Origin: a phage
Length of the DNA: 41,801 nt
Strand: one strand, 5' to 3'
Sequence record: PZ179881.1
In this document: one piece after another, positions 14,200 to 21,377 of the stretch
How positions within the stretch are numbered: position 1 is the first letter of the stretch
Layout of the letters: every line of letters starts with the position of its first letter
Notes under the pieces: model-generated
Database searches by the model: none
What the model saw: the letters and a program-made list of their open reading frames with translations, nothing else
What the model was told of the DNA's origin: nothing
Made by a program: the position numbers and the translations under genes

Positions 14200-16668
14200 A
14201 TGGCTATGAAATGCCTGATTCACGACTGTGAAACAGAAACTAACCCGTGGTATGGACAGGTGGCATCGCCGTACTGCCCGGATAACTACGTGGTTGAGGA
14301 CGCCTGGGAGACGGTAACCCTGGGCGGTGAGGTGGAGATTAGCCCGCGTACCGACCGCCGCTACAACTCGCTTGAGGAGTGGAAGGGCAACTGGTCTGTG
14401 GACTTCTCCGGGATTGATATCTACGTGGCCCACAATGCTGCGTATGAAATGAGCTGGTTACTGGAGCACGACTATGATAACTTCATGGCGTTTCTCAAAC
14501 GTGGTGGTCGTGTTTATTGTACCGCTTACGCTCACTATCTACTCAGCAACATGCAGGACACTTACCCCGCGCTTAACGACGTTGCACCAATCTACGGCGG
14601 TACGCCAAAGGTGGATGCAGTCAAGGCACTATGGGAAGCTGGCGTTAAAACGTCGGATATTGACCCGGCGCTACTTCGGGAGTATCTGTTCGGGCCTAAC
14701 GGCGATATCGCCAACACCACCAAAGTTTTCCTGGGAACGTGGTCGGAGCTTGTTAGACGTAACATGTTGAAGATGGCGCTGGTGCGCATGGATGGCCTGC
14801 TGTTCTCTGCCATCTGTATGCACCACGGCTTGAAGGTTGACATGGAGGTAGCGGAGCGTGACCGCAGCCGTAACGAGCGGTTGCTGGAAGGCCTGCACTC
14901 GCAGGTGATTCAGTATCTGCCAGCGGATATGCCCGCCGAAGCCCGTGCGCAGTTCACCGGGACACGCTTCCAGTTGTCGGCGTTCATCTTCGGTGGCGCT
15001 ATGAAGTACACGGCGCGAGTACCGCGTGAGGATGCCGACGGCAATCCCATCTACGTGAAGAAGGAAGGGCCGTACTTCAAGAGCATCAAAGGAGCGCTGC
15101 CAGAGAGCGCCTGCATGTTCGACGAGGAGGCAGGTGGCCTTTGGTATTCCCCGGAGCTGAAAGAGCACCAGGCGCGTTACACGGCAGGTAAGAACAAAGG
15201 CCTGCCGAAGTTCGATAAGTATGTGACCGACGAGGTTGATACGAAGAACGGCGACCTGCTGTATCACTTCCCCGGCCTGCTGTCTGAGGAGGTGCAGGAG
15301 AAGCTGAGCCTGGCGATTGAGGGTGAGTGGTCTGGTAGCCAGAAGCTGCAAGACGGCAGCCCGGTAATCAGCACCAGTGGTGACGTGTTGGATGTGCTGG
15401 CGGCGCACGACGTGCCAGTAGCTAAGTTGTTGAAAGATATCGGGAAGATTGATAAAGACCTCGGTGCATTCTACATCAAGCGCACGTTCAACAAAGATGG
15501 CAGCTTGAAGAAAGAAGGCGGCATGTTGCAGTACGTGCAGCCGGACGGCTTCATTCACCACACGCTGAACCACACGAGCACCGTGACGGCGCGACTCAGC
15601 TCGAACAAGCCGAACCTCCAGCAGTTACCACGAGCGGAGGAAGCGCGGGACGAGAACGAGTTCAAGTCCACGGTTAAGGAAATGTTCGTGAGTCGCTTCG
15701 GTGACGACGGCGGCATCCTCCAGGAGGACTACAGCGCACTGGAGACGGTTGGTTTGCAGGTGTTGACCCGCGACGTTAACCTCAAGGCTGCGCTGCTCAA
15801 AGGCCTGGACATGCACTCTATGCGCCTCGCGGCGATGGAGAACCAGACCTATGAGTACGTGGTGGCGCGTACCAAAGACGACACGCACCCTGAACACGCT
15901 GAGTGGGACGTGAAGCGTACAGGCGTTAAGCCAGTTGCATTCCAGTATCAGTATGGTGCGACGGCTTACGGCATGGCGATGAGCACTGGTAAATCCCAGG
16001 ACTTCTGCCAGGCGTTCATTGACGCGGAGAAGAAGGCGTTCCCCGGCGTTGAGGACTGGTACGACAACACGGTGTACCCGACGGTGGAAGCGACGGCAGC
16101 GCAGAACAAGCCTATCCGTGTGCAGCTCGACGACGGGCGTTACGTTATGTTCGGCTGGGGTACGTTCACTACCCACGACGGCACGACGTATCAGTTCCGC
16201 CAGCAGAGCAAGCAGCGTTGGAATCCGGTGACTAAGAAGCGTGAGGAAGTCAAGGAGTTCACGGTGCCGCAGATGCGTAACTACCCGATTCAGGGCGCAT
16301 CCGGTTTCTTCGTGCAGCTCGCTTGCGGTATGCTGATTCGTCACTTCATCGCCAACGACTTCTACGGTGGCAAGTGCCTGCCGATTAACACGGTTCACGA
16401 TGCGTGTTACTTCGACACTCACAAAGACGTAGTGTACCAGGCAGCGTATGAGGTGGAGGCCATCATGGAATCCATCCCGGAAATGCTGAATGCACTGTGG
16501 CCTGCGTATCAGTGTGAGGTGCCGTTCCCGGTGGCAGGTGGCTTCGGTAAGAACATGGCCGAGGAGCACCACGTTTACGACAAGGATAGCAAAGACCTGT
16601 TCAAACAGCAGAAAGCGAACTTCAAGAAAGAGTTCCTTGCTAAGAAGGGTATCGCGGTTCAATTCTGA
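14200..16668 (+). CDS. DNA polymerase (family A, with 3'-5' exonuclease domain)
   Basis: 822 aa; exo-like HDCETETNPWYG near N-terminus; pol I-type motifs (SSNKPNLQQLPR, NYPIQGASG, VHDACYFD). Confidence 0.9.
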   Translation: MAMKCLIHDCETETNPWYGQVASPYCPDNYVVEDAWETVTLGGEVEISPRTDRRYNSLEEWKGNWSVDFSGIDIYVAHNAAYEMSWLLEHDYDNFMAFLKRGGRVYCTAYAHYLLSNMQDTYPALNDVAPIYGGTPKVDAVKALWEAGVKTSDIDPALLREYLFGPNGDIANTTKVFLGTWSELVRRNMLKMALVRMDGLLFSAICMHHGLKVDMEVAERDRSRNERLLEGLHSQVIQYLPADMPAEARAQFTGTRFQLSAFIFGGAMKYTARVPREDADGNPIYVKKEGPYFKSIKGALPESACMFDEEAGGLWYSPELKEHQARYTAGKNKGLPKFDKYVTDEVDTKNGDLLYHFPGLLSEEVQEKLSLAIEGEWSGSQKLQDGSPVISTSGDVLDVLAAHDVPVAKLLKDIGKIDKDLGAFYIKRTFNKDGSLKKEGGMLQYVQPDGFIHHTLNHTSTVTARLSSNKPNLQQLPRAEEARDENEFKSTVKEMFVSRFGDDGGILQEDYSALETVGLQVLTRDVNLKAALLKGLDMHSMRLAAMENQTYEYVVARTKDDTHPEHAEWDVKRTGVKPVAFQYQYGATAYGMAMSTGKSQDFCQAFIDAEKKAFPGVEDWYDNTVYPTVEATAAQNKPIRVQLDDGRYVMFGWGTFTTHDGTTYQFRQQSKQRWNPVTKKREEVKEFTVPQMRNYPIQGASGFFVQLACGMLIRHFIANDFYGGKCLPINTVHDACYFDTHKDVVYQAAYEVEAIMESIPEMLNALWPAYQCEVPFPVAGGFGKNMAEEHHVYDKDSKDLFKQQKANFKKEFLAKKGIAVQF
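14892..14905 (+). repeat. Recurring hairpin motif copy 6 (CCTGCACTCGCAGG)
   Basis: Perfect 5-bp stem CCTGC/GCAGG with ACTC loop, inside the DNA polymerase gene. Confidence 0.45.
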
Positions 16669-16684
16669 ATTGACACCCCTATAC
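16665..16684 (+). promoter_or_regulatory. Degenerate promoter-like element (CTGAATTGACACCCCTATAC)
   Basis: Two mismatches to consensus, including the predicted +1 (G to C); overlaps the DNAP stop; followed by CCCAGAGTAACC, which matches the terminal-region repeat unit. Confidence 0.25.
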
Positions 16685-16735
16685 CCAGAGTAACCAAATC
16701 AGTACACAAAGTAACCTAACTGGAGAGTAACCTAT

Positions 16736-17554
16736 ATGACTACTATGCAAGAACGTTTAGCAGCCCGCGCAGAAGCAGCCAAAGCCCGCCAGGGTTCCAT
16801 GAATGATGTTGAGAAGGGTGGCGACGGCAGCGGTAAGAAGTTCAAGACCGCGCCGGAAGGCAAGTTCAAAGCGCGTCTGGTTGGCTATGTCGAAATCGGT
16901 AGCCACGAGAACAAGTTCGACCCGTCGAAAGACCCGGCACCGATGTTCGTTCTGCGCTTCGCCCTGTTCGGTAAGGACTGCCAGGAAGAAGACGGTACGC
17001 CGATTACCATCGACAGCCGTGAAATCAAGATGAGCAAGTTTGAACGTGCGAATGCCGTCAAGCTGTTCCGTCAGATGTGTCCGAAGAAGGATGCCGATCA
17101 CTTCATGGAGCTGCTCGACCGTGTGTTCTGGGTTGAAATCTGGCACAACAAGCAGCAGAAGGGCGATAAAGAAGTCGTGTACGCTAACCTGAAACAGGAG
17201 TCAATCGTACCGGGTGTGCGTGAAGTGCTGGACGACGACGACAACATCATCGGCTACAAGGCGATTGCATGTGACCCGGCACCGGAGAGCATGTTCAACA
17301 TCTTCGAATGGGATAACCCGTCCGTCGAAGACTTCAAGACCTTGAAGCCGTGGGACAAGGACAAGATTCGCAAGGCTGTGAACTTCCCTGGCTCCCACGT
17401 TGAGCAGCTCGTCGGTAAGGGCGAAGATAAGCCTGCCAACACCAACAACGGTGCGGCGACCAACGAGCCGGACGGCGAAGACGACGAGCCGAAACAGACT
17501 GTGGATACTCCGAAGGATATCCCGGTTGAAGGCGCTGACCTGCCGATGCTGTAA
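16736..17554 (+). CDS. Hypothetical protein with strongly acidic C-terminal tail (possible DNA-binding accessory protein)
   Basis: 272 aa; basic N-terminal region, C-terminal ~40 aa rich in D/E (NEPDGEDDEPKQTVDTPKDIPVEGADLPML); GGAGAG upstream. Confidence 0.65.
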   Translation: MTTMQERLAARAEAAKARQGSMNDVEKGGDGSGKKFKTAPEGKFKARLVGYVEIGSHENKFDPSKDPAPMFVLRFALFGKDCQEEDGTPITIDSREIKMSKFERANAVKLFRQMCPKKDADHFMELLDRVFWVEIWHNKQQKGDKEVVYANLKQESIVPGVREVLDDDDNIIGYKAIACDPAPESMFNIFEWDNPSVEDFKTLKPWDKDKIRKAVNFPGSHVEQLVGKGEDKPANTNNGAATNEPDGEDDEPKQTVDTPKDIPVEGADLPML

Positions 17555-18516
17555 TGAGTATCCCGGCTAACTTGCGGGAGCGAATCGCCAAAGTCGCTCC
17601 GCAGTTCCACCGGACTGAGGAGGCGTCTACCCTGGAGGTGGACGCTGACTCCCTCATCTACAAGGTGGCGGCGACCACGAAGAACCTGGAGACAGCTAAG
17701 CGTCGCCTGGTTTCTGAGGCATTAACCCTACACTTCCTGGCTGATACGCAGATTAGCCGCCTGCACCTAACCCCGAAGCACTGCCGCAAAGCTGGACGGT
17801 TCAATGTAATAGCGACCAAGCCCTACCAGGGCAACCGCTCCAAAGGCAAGAAGCCTGAGCTGGTCGAGCCGCTGCGGTACGTTGTGGGGCGCGAACAGTT
17901 GAAGCTGCCACCTGAGTTGCAGATTATCTTCAACGACGTGTACGAGGCTGACGATTCGGTAGTGATGGCATGTACCGCCGACCCGAAGGCCATTTATTAC
18001 TCCGAGGATAAAGACCTCGACTGTTTAAGGAACCGGAAATTATGCCAACACGAGCTACGAGTGCTCCCCACGGTCAGTGGCCTGGGCTGGCTGGCAATGA
18101 AGGAGTTAGCCAGCGGCAAGAAAGTTATCGGACGCGGGCCAGTGTTCTTCTGGGCGCAGATGCTGATGGGCGATGGGGCGGACAACATCAAGGGGATAAC
18201 GAAGGCGAACGGGAAACTGTGTGGCCCGGCTGCGACGTTCGAGTTACTGCGCGGGTTTCTGATTCCGCAGTCGGATTCGCTGACGCCGCATCCCGTAATT
18301 CCGACGATTACTGAGCAGGACGTGGCGCGGTACGTGCTGCGCCTCTACATGGAGAACGGTCAGAATCCCTGGCCGGAAGCCTGGCTCCTGTGGCTGTACC
18401 CGGCTGATGGTTATAACTTCCATCGCCACCTGCATAACCTGGGCTTGCTGGACGACAGCGACCTGGGTGTGTGGCTGAAACAACAACTCTCTCTTAAATG
18501 GTTCAATAAGGATTGA
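17554..18516 (+). CDS. 5'-3' exonuclease (T7 gp6/FEN-like)
   Basis: 320 aa; helix-3-turn-helix motif GDGADNIKGI typical of 5' nucleases; TAATG overlap with upstream gene. Confidence 0.7.
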   Translation: MSIPANLRERIAKVAPQFHRTEEASTLEVDADSLIYKVAATTKNLETAKRRLVSEALTLHFLADTQISRLHLTPKHCRKAGRFNVIATKPYQGNRSKGKKPELVEPLRYVVGREQLKLPPELQIIFNDVYEADDSVVMACTADPKAIYYSEDKDLDCLRNRKLCQHELRVLPTVSGLGWLAMKELASGKKVIGRGPVFFWAQMLMGDGADNIKGITKANGKLCGPAATFELLRGFLIPQSDSLTPHPVIPTITEQDVARYVLRLYMENGQNPWPEAWLLWLYPADGYNFHRHLHNLGLLDDSDLGVWLKQQLSLKWFNKD

Positions 18517-18520
18517 CATT

Positions 18521-18934
18521 ATGAAAAACATCATCGACGTAAACGAGTTCACCCGCGCTTATCATGCAGCCGAGCTGGGTGACCTGGTGCAACGTGGCCT
18601 GTACAAGCAGGTTGGCCAGATTCGTACTGAATACTTCACCATGAATGGCGCGGCGCGTCAGGTGGTTCGTCGTGAGAGCCTGGCGGTTATCCACGACCTG
18701 CACTTGCAGAAGTTCTACGCTGTAGAGCAGTACAAGGGCATCGCCATCCGCGCAGAGATTCGTGATGAAGAAATGCTGGCGGCCATCATCGAAACCCTGC
18801 CGACCCTGGAGCCGGACGAAGGCTTCGTGTACGACCAGACCATTGAGCTGTCCGCTGAGGAAGTTCGCCGTGAGCTGGTAGTCGCGCCGGAAGGCGTAGA
18901 GGTCAACGACGGTACGGAAGGCCTGGATGCGTAA
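18521..18934 (+). CDS. Hypothetical protein
   Basis: 137-aa ORF, AAGGA upstream; acidic C-terminus. Confidence 0.6.
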   Translation: MKNIIDVNEFTRAYHAAELGDLVQRGLYKQVGQIRTEYFTMNGAARQVVRRESLAVIHDLHLQKFYAVEQYKGIAIRAEIRDEEMLAAIIETLPTLEPDEGFVYDQTIELSAEEVRRELVVAPEGVEVNDGTEGLDA

Positions 18935-19391
18935 ATTAACCCGTTCACAAGCCGCTGTACTGGCGGCTAAAATGGTTCGTGAGTCTGCTGGCTGCCCGCT
19001 GTGCCAGCGCTCATGGGCGGAGGTACAGAAGGATGCAGAGGACAAGGCTGCTGCTAAAGGCAAGAAGTTACGGCAGGCACCGTATGTGCTCGACCACGAC
19101 CATAACTCAGGGCGTTGCCGAGGCGTTCTCTGTCGCGGCTGCAACGGTGCTGAGGGAAAGGTTGCCAACGCTGTCTCGGCCTGGGGCAAGACGGGAAAGG
19201 AGTACGCCGCTATTCTTGGGTGGCTACAGCGCATGGTGGCGTATCTCCAGCAAGAACCTACGGAGTATATCTACCCGACACACGTAATGGCTGACGAGAA
19301 GAAAGCGAGCGCGGCTCAGCTACGTCGCCAGGCAGCACAAAAGAAGGTGCGCGAGCGCCGCAAACAGATTGCAGATAAACGAGGTAAGTAA
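18927..19391 (+). CDS. Endonuclease VII-like Holliday-junction resolvase
   Basis: 154 aa; CPLC ... DHDH ... GRCRGVLCRGCN arrangement characteristic of T4 endoVII-type nucleases. Confidence 0.7.
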   Translation: MRKLTRSQAAVLAAKMVRESAGCPLCQRSWAEVQKDAEDKAAAKGKKLRQAPYVLDHDHNSGRCRGVLCRGCNGAEGKVANAVSAWGKTGKEYAAILGWLQRMVAYLQQEPTEYIYPTHVMADEKKASAAQLRRQAAQKKVRERRKQIADKRGK

Positions 19392-20434
19392 TGGCAAAGG
19401 TATCCCTAATCAATCTCTTTACCAAAGAGCAGCACATCGCGGTACTGAGCAAGTTCAAGTCGAATGCCGACGCAGCTCTGGCCTATAACATCGCCCTGGC
19501 CTACGGCGAGTCTGCCGACAAGATTGGCGAGGGTGACCTCAAAGAGTTCGGCCCGGCGCTGAGCGTCGGCGAGCACGAAGTAATCAGCCGTCAGTTGGTT
19601 CGCTACTGGCGTAACATCTTCATCGACCACGAAGGCAAGAAAGGAGCCACCAATGCAGGACTCAAAGAAGCGCGTAAACTCATCTCTCCATCGCCTACTG
19701 ACGATATCGGTAACACTCAAGTGCCTAGCATGTGTCGCCGTATTCTTGTCGTTGGTGACCTACACGCTCCTTACACACACCCCGACGCGTTAGACTTCCT
19801 GCGCCACGTTCGTGACAGCTACGGCCCGGACATGGTGATTCAGGTGGGCGACGAGACGGACGGACACGCAATCAGCTTCCACGACAGCGACCCTAACCTG
19901 GACAGCGCTGGTGTTGAGCTGGAGAAGGCTAAACTGGTACTGGAGAAGCTGCATGAACTGTTCCCGAACCTGCTTGTGTGTGACTCGAATCACGGCAGTC
20001 TGGTGTATCGCCGCGCTAAGGCTCACGGTTTACCAGTACAGTTCATCAAGAAGTATCGAGACATTCTGTTCCCGGAACATGGTGCGCCAGCGTGGTCGTG
20101 GGCAGATGCCTGGGTGCTTAACACCCCTCTCGGCCCTGTACGTTTCCAGCACCAGGTTAGTGGTGACTTCATGCTCAACGCTTCCCACGAACGCACAAGC
20201 CTCGTCCTCGGTCATGAGCATGGGCGCTTCGAGGTTCAATATGCGGCATCCAGCACCGCTCTTTACTTTGGCGCATACGCCGGGTGCCTGATTGACCGCA
20301 AGAGCATGGCATTCGCCTACGGCAAGCTGACCCGTAAGAAGCCTATCCTGGGCTGCATGGTAATCACCGATGGTTGCCCGCAGCTTATCCCAATGCTGAT
20401 GAACGAGGAGGGCCGCTGGGTTGGCGCGGAATAA
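19391..20434 (+). CDS. Calcineurin-like metallophosphoesterase with extra N-terminal domain
   Basis: 347 aa; MPP signature blocks VVGDLHAPYTHPD, GDETDGH, NHGS and GHEHG; ~110-aa N-terminal extension unrecognised. Confidence 0.65.
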   Translation: MAKVSLINLFTKEQHIAVLSKFKSNADAALAYNIALAYGESADKIGEGDLKEFGPALSVGEHEVISRQLVRYWRNIFIDHEGKKGATNAGLKEARKLISPSPTDDIGNTQVPSMCRRILVVGDLHAPYTHPDALDFLRHVRDSYGPDMVIQVGDETDGHAISFHDSDPNLDSAGVELEKAKLVLEKLHELFPNLLVCDSNHGSLVYRRAKAHGLPVQFIKKYRDILFPEHGAPAWSWADAWVLNTPLGPVRFQHQVSGDFMLNASHERTSLVLGHEHGRFEVQYAASSTALYFGAYAGCLIDRKSMAFAYGKLTRKKPILGCMVITDGCPQLIPMLMNEEGRWVGAE

Positions 20435-20762
20435 GCGTAAGTGGCGGCAGTTCTTCTATGAAGACGGGACACCCAGGCGGTGTCCTCACTGCATATCGCC
20501 TGACCTGAAAGAGATTGTACGCGACTCGATTGACGTGGGTGTCGGCGGTGGCGGCATCCCATGCGAGATAGAGACTCGCTGCAATAAGTGCAACTCCATG
20601 CTGGGCTATTGGGCCTACGGGAGTTATGACCCTTGTTTCCTCATGGAGTTCGTAGGTTATGACGATGAAGCTAGTGATTGTGGAAAGCCCGTATGCGGGT
20701 GCGGTACAGCAGAATGTCCACTATGCCCGGCTGTGCCTGGCGGACTGTCTGAAACGTGGTGA
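20421..20762 (+). CDS. Possible Cys-rich zinc-ribbon protein (TTG start)
   Basis: Track ORF begins at TTG 20421, 8 nt after GAGGAGGG; protein contains CPHC...CNKC and CGKPVCGCGTAECPLC clusters; 3' third overlaps the next gene by ~100 nt. Confidence 0.35.
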   Translation: MARNKRKWRQFFYEDGTPRRCPHCISPDLKEIVRDSIDVGVGGGGIPCEIETRCNKCNSMLGYWAYGSYDPCFLMEFVGYDDEASDCGKPVCGCGTAECPLCPAVPGGLSETW

Positions 20763-20988
20763 GGCACCGATTGCCAGCCATCTGTTATACACGCAGCCCA
20801 ACGTGCTCAACGACGATATCCCGGAAGAACGTGCTCTGGGTATTGCCGCAGGGTTAGCGTGGCGCAGCGTGGCGGAGAAGGCCATATTCTACGTTGACCG
20901 TGGCTGGTCTTCCGGCATGACGGCGGCACTTGAGCTGTACGACCGTGAAGGCTTCCCATATGAATTTCGTAAACTGGAGGGTTACTAA
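20659..20988 (+). CDS. Hypothetical protein (possible Rossmann-like nucleoside deoxyribosyltransferase-like fold)
   Basis: 109 aa; N-terminal MKLVIVESPYAG resembles the beta-strand/P-loop start of NDT-like phage proteins; weak, from memory only. Confidence 0.5.
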   Translation: MTMKLVIVESPYAGAVQQNVHYARLCLADCLKRGEAPIASHLLYTQPNVLNDDIPEERALGIAAGLAWRSVAEKAIFYVDRGWSSGMTAALELYDREGFPYEFRKLEGY

Positions 20989-21296
20989 TGAGCGCAGTTG
21001 GTACTGGATTGAAGTTTGACGGCGATAAGCCACGTATGGATTTACTGCTGGACGGTTGCCCGCTGGCGCTGCTGCGTATCAGCGACGTGCTAACCTTCGG
21101 CGCGAAGAAGTATGAAGCGCATAGCTGGCACACGGTAGCCGAGGGCAAGACGCGCTACAAGGCGGCGCTGCTGCGGCACCTGACGGCTCACGCCCAGGGC
21201 GAAGTGAATGACCCGGAGAGTGGCCTGCCGCACCTGGCACATGCCGCTTGTTGCTCACTGTTTATCCTGGAGCTGGAACAACGTGACTCCGAGTAG
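20988..21296 (+). CDS. DUF5664-like protein (putative dATP/dGTP pyrophosphohydrolase-type domain)
   Basis: 102 aa; N-terminal KFDGDKPRMDLLL...LLRISDVLTFGAKKYEAHSWH matches my recollection of the K-x-D-x-x-K-P-R-x-D-L-L / VLxFGAxKY signature; GGAGGG upstream. Confidence 0.5.
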   Translation: MSAVGTGLKFDGDKPRMDLLLDGCPLALLRISDVLTFGAKKYEAHSWHTVAEGKTRYKAALLRHLTAHAQGEVNDPESGLPHLAHAACCSLFILELEQRDSE

Positions 21297-21377
21297 CTGG
21301 TGCTTTAGACAATGGGTGTCCACGGGTAACGTGGACTACCTGCAATTATATCATGAGTGGAAGGGCAGAGGATACTG

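Noticed and set aside
14671-16662. Minus-strand ORFs of 300 and 345 aa
   Set aside because: Antisense within the DNA polymerase gene, which has unambiguous motifs on the + strand.
20988-21296. Z-genome (diaminopurine) or other DNA base-modification pathway
   Set aside because: Only a DUF5664-like pyrophosphohydrolase-type protein is seen; no PurZ-like synthetase or other modification enzymes were recognised, so a full pathway is not supported.
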